A DNA stretch of 33,928 bases from assembly GCA_024181965.1 (NCBI GenBank), contig BQXS01012759.1, positions 1-33,928 of the forward strand, written 5' to 3'. The stretch is from Aduncisulcus paluster (lineage: Eukaryota). The position numbers were made by a program, and so were the translations under genes. This document shows, piece by piece, positions 10,293-20,800 of the stretch. Within the stretch, counting starts at the first letter, position 1; every line of letters begins with the position of its first letter. The notes beneath the pieces were generated by a model. The model worked only from the letters and a program-made list of their open reading frames with translations. It was not told the origin of the DNA and ran no database searches.

Positions 10293-11227
10293 ATGGCTCC
10301 TAAGAAGAAGACATCTCATGTTGAACAGACTATCGACAACAAGCCCCTTGTCCATGAAGAGGAAGAAATTTTCGGTGTTATCCATGTGTACGCTTGCTAC
10401 AACAACACCATTCTTCACGTTACTGATCTTTCTGGACGTGAAACTATCTGCAAGGTGAGTGGTGGTATGCAAGTTAAAGCTGATCACGATGAATCCTCTC
10501 CCTACGCTGCCATGCAAGCTGCCCAGATTGCTGCTAAGGCCGCTATGGTATGTCCTTTTTAATTTCTAGTTTCCTTTTAGCATTTTCCATAGTATCTTCT
10601 TATATATTTATTTTGTTGACTCAAATTATTTCATTTATCTTTTTTTTTTGTTCTTATCCCTTTTTCATTTCTATTTTGTTAATTTAAATTATTATTAATA
10701 CCAATTGACTCTTTAGGAACGTGGAATCACCGCTCTTCACTTCAAGATCCGTGGAACTGGTGGTGTTAAGAACCGTTCTCTTGGTCCCGGTTGCCAATCC
10801 GCTCTTCGTGCCCTCGCCCGTTCTGGAATGANNNNNNNNNNNNNNNNNNNNCCGCTATGGTATGTCCTTTTTAATTTCTAGTTTCCTTTTAGCATTTTCC
10901 ATAGTATCTTCTTATATATTTATTTTGTTGACTCAAATTATTTCATTTATCTTTTTTTTTTTGTTCTTATCCCTTTTTCATTTCTATTTTGTTAATTTAA
11001 ATTATTATTAATACCAATTGACTCTTTAGGAACGTGGAATCACCGCTCTTCACTTCAAGATCCGTGGAACTGGTGGTGTTAAGAACCGTTCTCTTGGTCC
11101 CGGTTGCCAATCCGCTCTTCGTGCCCTCGCCCGTTCTGGAATGAAGATTGGACGTGTTGAAGATGTTACCCCCATCCCTTCCGATTGTACTCGTCGTAGC
11201 AAGGGTCGTCGTGGTCGTCGTCTTTAA
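10293..11227 (+). CDS. RPS14: 40S ribosomal protein S14 (uS11), two exons, 150 aa. Exon 1 is 10293-10547; exon 2 starts at 10717 and its complete copy after the gap is 11030-11227.
   Basis: [26 protein letters not shown], then after splicing ERGITALH...[25 protein letters not shown]...GRRGRRL-TAA. Confidence 0.97.
10540..11144. other. Scaffold gap (N 10832-10851) with overlap duplication of the RPS14 intron and exon 2
   Basis: 10540-10831 is repeated from 10852, differing by one T in a homopolymer run. Confidence 0.9.
10548..10716 (+). other. Spliceosomal intron of RPS14, phase 0, 169 nt
   Basis: GTATGT donor, T-rich body, ends CCAATTGACTCTTTAG. Removing it restores the uS11 frame. Confidence 0.95.
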
Positions 11228-11464
11228 GTTCAGACCCAATGAACAATAGATCAGATATTTCAATAAATCTTGCCTAGAATAGGTATTTTCCTATTTTACT
11301 TTGTCCTTTTAACTATTATTCTGTCTCAATCGAACAAATGATGGAAAGAAAAAAAAAAAACATGAAGAAAAGTTAACAAGTTTCTGCTTCAAAAAAATAT
11401 ATTCAAAAAACAAATATAAGATATGATTCTCAAAAAAAAATGACAATACATTGCACTTGAGGCT

Positions 11465-14233
11465 TTGATTTCAAAATGTCAATTTCAACAGACCTCTTTC
11501 TCCCTTGATGGTATGTATGACGGCATGTCAACCTCCGATACGTCATCAATAGTCTTTCCTTCTCCGATATATCAATTTGGAGAGGATATTATTGATGTTT
11601 CAACCTCTTCAAAATCCAAATCAACCATCACACCGCTTTCTCTTTTAAAGGATAATGATATGTGGTCAAATCAAATTTTACTTGCAGCAGAAAATGATTC
11701 TTTCGTTGAATATATTAACATTGATGTTGATACGTCCTTAGAGTATTTCCCATCAGCATCCAAGTCAAAAGACACATACTCAGTTTCTAGTGTGTGCGTT
11801 CTTGCTTCAATACATCTAAATAATTCTGACTTTTCTCCATATTATTCTGTAATATCTCGTTGTGAAGATCCAGATGATTTGTCAGACCTTAGTTCTTTCC
11901 CTTCTCTTCCCACCCATGATTGTGTTCTTACTTCAGAAGGCTATGGAAGTCAGACTGCTTCATTACGGTTATGGGGAATAGAGCCCGGTAAAAAGATTGT
12001 TTTTATGTGTCAGGCTTCATCTATTCCCTCAACTTCGAATGGGTATTTTAAAATTGATATCACTGCAAAATCTGGAATTTTAACATCATATTCTATTTTT
12101 GAAGCCGATCTTTTGTCATCTATGACCACTCTATCTTTATCAACTCTCTCATATAATATATTAAACATTCCTTCCGTATATTCGGCAGCTCTGAATTTTA
12201 TTTCGATTCAAACTCTCTCTGGGGATGATAGTATTCTAATTTCTGTGTTCGAATCGGATGAGACCATAATCTTACCCACTCTCCACTCTAGTGGGGTGGC
12301 TATTCTTCCGACTCTGCGCAATATATCTAGTTCAACTAATTTTAGCACATATTCCGAATCGTATAGTCCCACTACTTCGTATTATAATCAGTATGCAGCC
12401 CCCAATATATATATCCAAGACTTTGCCTCTCCTCTATTCCTTGATGATGTCATTGAAGAAATATCCACCGAAATCTATGGTACAAACACCAATTCTGGTA
12501 CATATCGCCTTAATATTTCAACTAATCCGACGTATCTACCTCCCTTATCGCCATCGAGCTCTATTTTAGTTCAATCTCTTTCTGGTTCTGCCCTTGATCT
12601 TGTTTTATCGTGGAATAATGGAGTTTCATCGTCGATAGGTGGACATGTAACCTCAAATATTGGTGGAAATGCGATATATTCTTACGATTCTTCGTTTCTT
12701 CCCGATTCCCCCATTATTGATATTTCTACTCTCCAATCCTATTCAACATGTCTCAAGTCCATTATTCCATCGTATTGCGAACAACTTGTGGATATAACTG
12801 ATGATATAAGTGATCCCAATTCCGATGCCTTCAAGTTGTATTCTCCTTCTCTTCATTTCATGACCTCCCTGCCTCCAACTTCCTCTTTCTCCTCTTCCAT
12901 AGGTGCTGTGCATTCGTTGTCCTTCACAACATCTCTCCTCCCACCATCTTCTCTCTTTTCCGGCACTCTATCCCCTTCCATCGGTCATCCTTCCTCACTC
13001 TTGTGGAACAAGGGCCAAGACAAGTTCAATATCGGTGCAGCCTCCCTATCTTATTCAGGAATAAGCAATAATCTCTATTTCTCCACAGTTCATTCCCATT
13101 CAATGACATACACATCCGGAATATCCTCAGCATATGGAAATGGGAGATTTGATGGATCCATCTCTCCGAGTATCTCGTATCCCATCATTCCTACATCTTT
13201 TGTTTCTCACTGCTCTGCATCTGATACCAGTAGATTGTCTGTGGCAAGATACACAGTTGATGGTATAAGTGATTATTCAAAAGAAATAGGTTTTCACGCA
13301 ACAGTACAATCTGCATTAGACAATGAAAACTCTATATCCATCGAAAATTATCAGACTCTCATAGGGAATGTCCAAGACGATCTCTCCGCTCTCTGGTTCG
13401 ATGGGATTAACCTTCATGAGGATGTCATTGGTGTATTTGGTGAAGGTAAACTACTCAACAACTGTGAATGCTCTTCTTCTTCAGGAGCTTATTCATGTTC
13501 TTGCTCTGCTCCTCCTGGATGGAGTGCTATTCCTATCCACGGAGGCTCCTCTTCTGTCGCCCTCTCCGTTAATGCGAAGGATGATTCCTCTGACTCAGAG
13601 TATAATGTTGATGATATGACTTATCTCGACCCTATATATTACATTGGATGCACATCAAGACAGGCAGATAGCGTTGGAATTAATCACAACATTGAATCTT
13701 TTGATTTCTCACAACTGAAGTCTTTCTCAGAATCTATTTCTGGGTACCCATCCTTCGATGCCCCTACTCCCATGATCATTGATTCCACCATGTCAGATAT
13801 CTCGGTGTCTTTGTCTCCCTCATGCTCATTCCTTAACTTTTATAACCCAGGTTCAAATTCTATTTCCTTCAGTGTTCTCGATTCACCTTGGAATTTCCCA
13901 TCAATTCTGCAAAGGGAAGTACAAACACATGTGATATGGCCCTGGTGGTTGGCTCTTGTGGTTTTGGTTGGTATTGTTCTGTTTGGCCTTCTGTGTGGAG
14001 TGTTCTGTGGATGCTGCATGTGCGCTTCTTCAAGAAGAGCCTGGAAACGCTTTAAGAAGACAAGGAAGGCCAAGAAGGAAGGCAAGGAACCTGAAGAGAA
14101 GGCACCCAACCCTTTTACAACAGAGCAGGCAAGATCACCATTGGGCTCACCTCTTGGAGCACCCACAATGATGCGCTCGAGTGTTATGTCATCGCCATAC
14201 AGAGAATCACCCTTTGAAACTTTCGATTATTGA
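11465..14233 (+). CDS. Ser-rich single-pass membrane protein (~900 aa) with Cys-rich juxtamembrane segment and short cytosolic tail; 5' end uncertain
   Basis: Long ORF. TM segment WPWWLALVVLVGIVLFGLLCGVFCGCCMC is followed by basic RRAWKRFKKTRKAKK. The track start is TTG and no signal peptide is visible. Confidence 0.85.
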   Translation: MISKCQFQQTSFSLDGMYDGMSTSDTSSIVFPSPIYQFGEDIIDVSTSSKSKSTITPLSLLKDNDMWSNQILLAAENDSFVEYINIDVDTSLEYFPSASKSKDTYSVSSVCVLASIHLNNSDFSPYYSVISRCEDPDDLSDLSSFPSLPTHDCVLTSEGYGSQTASLRLWGIEPGKKIVFMCQASSIPSTSNGYFKIDITAKSGILTSYSIFEADLLSSMTTLSLSTLSYNILNIPSVYSAALNFISIQTLSGDDSILISVFESDETIILPTLHSSGVAILPTLRNISSSTNFSTYSESYSPTTSYYNQYAAPNIYIQDFASPLFLDDVIEEISTEIYGTNTNSGTYRLNISTNPTYLPPLSPSSSILVQSLSGSALDLVLSWNNGVSSSIGGHVTSNIGGNAIYSYDSSFLPDSPIIDISTLQSYSTCLKSIIPSYCEQLVDITDDISDPNSDAFKLYSPSLHFMTSLPPTSSFSSSIGAVHSLSFTTSLLPPSSLFSGTLSPSIGHPSSLLWNKGQDKFNIGAASLSYSGISNNLYFSTVHSHSMTYTSGISSAYGNGRFDGSISPSISYPIIPTSFVSHCSASDTSRLSVARYTVDGISDYSKEIGFHATVQSALDNENSISIENYQTLIGNVQDDLSALWFDGINLHEDVIGVFGEGKLLNNCECSSSSGAYSCSCSAPPGWSAIPIHGGSSSVALSVNAKDDSSDSEYNVDDMTYLDPIYYIGCTSRQADSVGINHNIESFDFSQLKSFSESISGYPSFDAPTPMIIDSTMSDISVSLSPSCSFLNFYNPGSNSISFSVLDSPWNFPSILQREVQTHVIWPWWLALVVLVGIVLFGLLCGVFCGCCMCASSRRAWKRFKKTRKAKKEGKEPEEKAPNPFTTEQARSPLGSPLGAPTMMRSSVMSSPYRESPFETFDY

Positions 14234-14256
14234 AAGAGACATGAGATATCATCAGA

Positions 14257-14282
14257 ATAGTATAGTATAGTATAGTATAGTA
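14257..14282. repeat. (ATAGT)n microsatellite, about 5 units
   Basis: atagtatagtatagtatagtatagta just downstream of the stop codon. Confidence 0.8.
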
Positions 14283-14924
14283 CATTCTTGTTGAGTCTCT
14301 CACTTTTGTCTAATATTCGTACGAATATTCCAATCAATTTGATCCAGTACTAGAAATATTTTGATGATATATATTTGTTTTTTTACTATTATTATTATTA
14401 TTCATTATTTATTTGTTATTTATTCATATATATTTATCTAAATGCTTTCCATCCTTCCAAATCTTAGAGAAAAAGATAACCCCGTAAGGTGGAATATAGA
14501 TGTTTAATTAATGAAACAGGGACAAAATCCTCATTGAATCAATAATGCCATGTTATTCTAGAGTTGAAAAAGAGCTTTGTGGAGATTGACTCGCAATGAT
14601 TCTGTATCATACAATGATTGTCACTTTTTTAGAAAATTGCTCTTTCATACTTGGTTCCAGCTAAAAAATATGGGGAAGGAGTGATATTCTATTGTTTATT
14701 CCTGTGGTACATTCTTTATTTTTAAATAAATACCTTCTTTTTTTTTCAAATATCAATTTTTTCATAATTAGTTAATATCTGAAAATTCTGAACTCTATTG
14801 TTATTTTGAAACCATAATTAAGATTTAAAAATATTTTTTGACAAAGAATTACTCTGATTCAATCCACACAGTTTCCCATTCTGATGATTGCAGGCTTTTA
14901 AAGCCGCTTTTTTTTGTTCAAAAA

Positions 14925-16553
14925 ATGGGAAAACAGAAATCCAGTCACCCAAAACGTGCAGTACTAAGTGAACGGCCAAAAGATGATGGATTAACAGCTG
15001 AACAAAAGGCTATGGTGCGTGTAAGGAAGGATTTACCCTTACCCATCAAAAAGAAGCTTGGTATTGATGATTTTCCTGATTGTGATTCTGATATTTGTAA
15101 AATAGATGTGAAAACAATCCGTTCCCATTTTGAATATGAAGGTAGATTGTCTGATGAATTAATTCGGTTAATTCTTTCTGAAGCTCTTGCTAGTTTGCAA
15201 GCTCTTCCTAACATTGTAAAAATTACTTCTCCAATATGTGTTGTTGGAGATATTCATGGTCAATATTACGATTTATTGCATCTACTCGACATTGGAAAAT
15301 GGCCTGACCAAACAAATCCCAAAAGCACCAAATATTTATTTTTAGGAGATTATGTTGACCGAGGAACCTTTGGAGTCGAATGTTTTATCACCTTAGCCCT
15401 GTTATATTTGCAAAATCCAAAAAGTGTTACCCTGTTAAGGGGAAACCACGAAACCGCTCACATGACGCAACATTTTAACTTTTTTGCAGAAGTATGTTCC
15501 AAATATGATGAGTCAATCTATGATTTATTCTTGGAATGTTTCTATGCGCTGCCCTTGTGTGCATTAGTCGATGGAAAAATGTTGGGTGTTCACGGAGGAA
15601 TTTCCTCTCGGGTAAAGACTTTAGAAGACATAAATCGTATCCGTAGACATGAAGAATATAAGCCTAACACAATATTAAACGATTTATTGTGGTCGGATCC
15701 CCTCCCTAACTGGAAAAACAAAGCCATTACATTTATTCCAAATACACAGCGAGGAACTGGTGCCTTTTATGGTCAGGCAGGTGTGAAAGAATTCCTTACT
15801 CGTAATGGAGTGCTCTGTATCATCCGAGGACATGAAATGCAGGACACTGGGTATAAACTGTATCCTCCAATCGCTGATACTCCTTTCCCGCCCGTTATTA
15901 CTGTATTTAGTGCCCCAAACTATACCGATTCGTACAACAACACTGGTGCCTTCCTTGACATTGGACCTAAACACTTGAATGTAAAGACGTATCGTGGAGT
16001 GACGCATCCGTACGCTCTTCCTTCACATCAGAGTGTTTTTGATTGGTCTGTACCATTTGCAGCCCATTTCTTGTCCATCTTGATGGAGTCCATGTTCAAG
16101 AAGACCGAGGAGATGTTGTTAGATGATGCCAAGGATTGTTCTGAAGAGTCTGCAGTGGCCAAGAGAATGAGACGTGTGCGGATCGTTAGAAAGAAGATAG
16201 CAAGTGCCGCATTGATGAAATTCATGTTCAAAACACTCACAGAGGAATCAGAGGCTGTGGTCAAGATCAAGGGTTTCAACAAGGGTATCCTGCCGCGTGG
16301 TATCCTTCAAAAGGGACCAGAAGCCGTCGCCGCAGCAAATCGAGTCCTCATAGAGCTTCAAAAGAACGGAGATGCCGTCAATGAAATGAGTCCAATTGCT
16401 CTTGAGCGCATCATGCTCGAGGCGGCAGGTGTGGAGGGAGATACGGTTGCAGCCGACAAGAGATTGGTGGAAAGTTTGGATGCAAAAATGTCAACAGATG
16501 GAATTGCAAAGAAATTACGAATTCTATGGGGTCGAATGTACAAGAAATATTGA
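14925..16553 (+). CDS. CNA1: Calcineurin (PP2B) catalytic subunit A
   Basis: PPP motifs GDIHG, GDYVDRG, RGNHE. PP2B-type SAPNYTDSYNN, CnB-binding segment HPYALPSHQSVFDWSVPF, CaM-binding-like RIVRKKIASAALMKFMFKTLTEESE and autoinhibitory-like DAVNEMSP. First in-frame ATG is at 14925. Confidence 0.93.
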   Translation: MGKQKSSHPKRAVLSERPKDDGLTAEQKAMVRVRKDLPLPIKKKLGIDDFPDCDSDICKIDVKTIRSHFEYEGRLSDELIRLILSEALASLQALPNIVKITSPICVVGDIHGQYYDLLHLLDIGKWPDQTNPKSTKYLFLGDYVDRGTFGVECFITLALLYLQNPKSVTLLRGNHETAHMTQHFNFFAEVCSKYDESIYDLFLECFYALPLCALVDGKMLGVHGGISSRVKTLEDINRIRRHEEYKPNTILNDLLWSDPLPNWKNKAITFIPNTQRGTGAFYGQAGVKEFLTRNGVLCIIRGHEMQDTGYKLYPPIADTPFPPVITVFSAPNYTDSYNNTGAFLDIGPKHLNVKTYRGVTHPYALPSHQSVFDWSVPFAAHFLSILMESMFKKTEEMLLDDAKDCSEESAVAKRMRRVRIVRKKIASAALMKFMFKTLTEESEAVVKIKGFNKGILPRGILQKGPEAVAAANRVLIELQKNGDAVNEMSPIALERIMLEAAGVEGDTVAADKRLVESLDAKMSTDGIAKKLRILWGRMYKKY

Positions 16554-17332
16554 TATTTGTGGTTTATGTATAGTTTCATCCTTTTCCACCATTCTATTTT
16601 CTTCCAACATTCGGTGGAATTATATTCGTTATTCGCTTTGTTTTTTTACTATCAAACTTCGTTCTCCTCTCTTGAATTATATATTAATTGCTTATATTCA
16701 TAAAACAGAAGCTAATATTTTTAAATCTTATGGTTATAAAATGTATTTACTTCCAGACCTTATTTTAAGTGTGTTTAATGCCAACAAAAGCCAGTGGCTT
16801 TTCTCCTGCTTTTCTTTTTACTCACAATCGAGGCCCAATTCTCTTCTTTTCTTTCTGTATACATTCTTTATTGTATTATATTATTAATACTTGGACCATT
16901 GTCTCTAAGTATAATTTTTGACAGATAATGTTGTATTCTGCCACCATTATTATCTATTTTCGACCCTATATACCAATATTGCCTTCTAGTGTGCATGTTA
17001 ATCTTTCAAAATGATTTGTCTTTAAGATATCCATTATCGGATCGAATATGGCTCGTTTTTTTTTTATTTATAATTTTTTTTCTTTGTTAGAATTTCATTT
17101 ATACTCGAATAAAATTATTCTGTTTGCTCCTTTTTCTGTTATCAAATTTTTCATTTTAAATTATTTGTCAAAATTTGAAATAAAAATAAATGATCATATA
17201 ATACCGAACAAATTTTATATTTTTGATATTGATAATCTCGATAATCTATAGCAGAACTCTACTTCCAAATTGTTCAAGTGCCCATGATTTTGAACTCACT
17301 TTTTGCCACCACTAAGGAACAAAATTATTAAA

Positions 17333-17584
17333 ATGAGAACTGGAGGATGCGTTGAACAACCTGAAGCCGAGTATGAACACTTCATGCCCCAAGTTAACTA
17401 CTGTGTCGACCTTGTTGAAGGTGCTACTCTTGTCAAGATCGTGCGTATTGAAACCCAAGTCGTTGCTGGAACTAAATTCAACATCGAACTTGAGATCAAA
17501 CTTCCCAGCGGTGAAACCACCACTAAAAAGTTTGTTGTCGTTCGTAATATCAAAGGTGAAATGTCTGGCAAACTCCTTGAGTAA
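17333..17584 (+). CDS. Cystatin (stefin-like intracellular cysteine protease inhibitor), 83 aa
   Basis: N-terminal GG, QVVAG (QxVxG) motif, no signal peptide. Codon usage resembles RPS14. ATG at 17333. Confidence 0.9.
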   Translation: MRTGGCVEQPEAEYEHFMPQVNYCVDLVEGATLVKIVRIETQVVAGTKFNIELEIKLPSGETTTKKFVVVRNIKGEMSGKLLE

Positions 17585-17880
17585 TAATGCTTCTTTATTG
17601 ATTTTTAAATGATCAATACTTTACATTGTTGATATTCAATAAATGTTTAACTATTATCTATTGTTTTTTTAGGATTCTAGGTGGCCTAGACTTGGCTAGT
17701 GTTCTAACAGAGCTAAATGAAATGAAAACATTGGTAAATATAATAAAAATTAAATAATATATCATATTCTCACGAAAAATGTCATCATAAGTCATTACAA
17801 AATAAAAAAAAATCCGGGTCTTCGATTTTCTCCTGATAATGGGTTCAAATTGATAAGTAATTCTATATTTTAACGAAATT

Positions 17881-20800
17881 ATGCCCAATATATTTAACTT
17901 TCTTCCAGTTTGCGCCTTTCCCCGGAAGATGTTGGATGCTTGTCAACACTCCCCCTTTAACTCTTCTATTGTTGCAAGTTCACTGACTATTCGACCATAT
18001 TATAATTTATTATTCATATCTTATATATATATTCTTATTGTGTTTTCAATTACCTTACATTTTCAGGAGGTAGACTTCCCTTCTCTTGAAACAAGCGGTT
18101 CCTTTAATACACAAAACATTAATTCAATCCCTTTTAATATTCAACAATTTGGAACGATGAATACATTGTCATTTTCTCTTCAGTCGAGTTATGTTACTCC
18201 TAATTATTTTTACAATCTCTATTACTCGAATCTCTTCGATATAAAGTCTTTTGAAGATAAATATTTCGATAAATCAATCAAAATATTTTCTCCAGATGGC
18301 TATATTTCGCATCCACTTTGTCTCCTGCTTGTTTTTATCCTCTTCACCATCGGTTTTCTCCACATATTTTGTTTTAAAGAACAATCTTACCACAAATTGT
18401 CATTCGCTTCCTTTTACTCATCGCCTAATAGTTTTTCTATTTTTTCCATCCTCATATTCATTTCCATATTCAGTATTTCCTTCCAGTCCGTCCTTGGCTA
18501 TGGTTTCTCTGAAGAATGTTCCATGTATCTCTCTGAGGACGATCACGTGGTCTGCAATGAGGTATATCCTGGTCGTTATGCAGCCGAGTGTGAGGATGGG
18601 TATTATTACAATGAGGCCACTTATTCTTGTGACATTGAAGATACGACATACCAATGTCCAACCATTAGTGATGAGTATCACATGTGCATCCTTGCTGATG
18701 GGGATTCATCCCTTTCCCTGGGCTGTCGATCTGCCTGGTATGGAGATGATTGTGACCAGTTGTATCAAGTGCATATTCCAGATCCATTGTTCAGGGGTAA
18801 AGTGTGTAACTATGCCGGATATGATACTACAGCTGATCCGCTATGTGACGTGTCTGAGTTTGACATGGCTGGAATAAGTGGGCAGTTTAATGTTGCGAAC
18901 AAGCATATATCATCTTTTGAAGGTGCACAATATTTTATCAATTTATCCTCTCTTGTTGCAAGAAACTCTGATATCACCTCAGCATCTGCATTTTCTCATC
19001 TTTATCAGATCACTCTATTGCATTTTGATGCATTAAATCCCGATTCATATGAATTGAATATTCATGATGTGGATACTCTCTTCACACTAAACAGGTTGGG
19101 TAACCTTCATTTGATGGGTAATGAGCGTGTCTATGATATTTCATTTACATTCAGAAACATTGGAATGAATTGGCTCGCCATTTCTAATAATGGAAATGTT
19201 CTAATTCCCCTCTGTCGATCCGAAACTGATGAAGACTACTGGAATTTCATCACAACTGTATTTCCAATTCATGAAACAAGTTTATCCTCGGCCGTTAAGT
19301 CATTCATTCCAAATAGTTGCCCTCTCAATTCTGAGACTGCAGATTATTTTTGTGATTCTGGTGCAAATTATAAATGCCCTTCGATTGTCCTGAACGAAGT
19401 GTACAACAGTGTCGACGGAGTGAACGAGAAACAATGTGCATTCATTGCCAAGGATTCCGATGGCAGGTGTTACACTGTCCATGATGATTCAGTTCGGCAA
19501 TACTTGGTTGCTAATTGCTTGGCTGGAGGTTCTGATGATCTTGAACCCAATGGAATCATCAGTGTTGCCACGATGCGAAGTGGTTTGACATGTCCTTCTT
19601 CCTCATTGTCCCTTCCAGCCATCGCTACAGCCATGTCCTTGAGTTCTGTGAATGATATCTCGACTCTTCAGGGTCTTGAGTATGGAACCTCCCTGACCTC
19701 CCTGACTCTCGATGGGTATGACTTGAGTGGNNNNNNNNNNNNNNNNNNNNTGCATTCATTGCCAAGGATTCCGATGGCAGGTGTTACACTGTCCATGATG
19801 ATTCAGTTCGGCAATACTTGGTTGCTAATTGCTTGGCTGGAGGTTCTGATGATCTTGAACCCAATGGAATCATCAGTGTTGCCACGATGCGAAGTGGTTT
19901 GACATGTCCTTCTTCCTCATTGTCCCTTCCAGCCATCGCTACAGCCATGTCCTTGAGTTCTGTGAATGATATCTCGACTCTTCAGGGTCTTGAGTATGGA
20001 ACCTCCCTGACCTCCCTGACTCTCGATGGGTATGACTTGAGTGGCGACATTAACTCCAATGCCGAGTATGATAGGTTGGTTGTCCAGATCTTGGCAAAGG
20101 CCGTGACATATGGAGTTATTAACTCTGGCCTTACTTCACTCTCAACCAATGGATGTGGACTGAGTGTTGTCAGTGATATCTTGGATCTCACTCCAATCGC
20201 TGATGGCGATGATCTGACACAACAATTTAAACTAACTCATCTTGACCTTTCCAACAATAATATCTCTGATGTCTCAGTTCTCATTACTTCTCCCATCTTT
20301 CCTGTAGATACATTGGCATCTCTTGATATCAGTGGAAATAGTATCTGTGATATTGATAATGTTGTTGTTGATCTTCTGACCAAATTTACAAGCCTAACAT
20401 TATCATCTTTGACATACTCTGACCAAACATGCCATTGTTCAGCTTCCGTATCGTCTTTGTCCCATCAGGTGTGTCGTGAAATATATCCTGATCGCTGGGC
20501 TGTTGAGTGCTGGAATGGGTACTATCTCGACAAATCGACTGGAGACTGTGTTGCTGCATGTGATAGTGGCTCTGAACTTGATACTGAAAGTGGAACTTGT
20601 GTATCTGTGAGTGCCTCTGTTGATGATGCCATTCGTGTCCAAGTCTGTGAAGGCCATTCCAATATGATGCCTGTTCTTGAGGAAGGAGCTTCATCCATCA
20701 CATGTGGATGTCGAGCTGCATGGTATGGAGATGATTGTGATCAATTGTATCAAGTGTATATTCCAGATGAAGTACTTAGAGATACTCTGTGTTCTTTAGC

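Noticed and set aside
10852-11144. Apparent tandem duplication of RPS14 exon 2 (alternative exons)
   Set aside because: It flanks a 20-N gap and is identical apart from one homopolymer base. All four gaps show the same pattern, so it is an unmerged contig overlap.
11225-11227. Alternative genetic code (TAA/TAG as Gln as in hexamitid diplomonads, or TGA reassignment)
   Set aside because: TAA ends RPS14 at its conserved RRGRRL C-terminus, and TGA ends four other genes.
19731-19902. Frameshift and stop ending the 673-aa ORF (pseudogene or programmed frameshift)
   Set aside because: It results from the arbitrary gap length plus a 294-bp overlap. Merging the overlap restores one frame.
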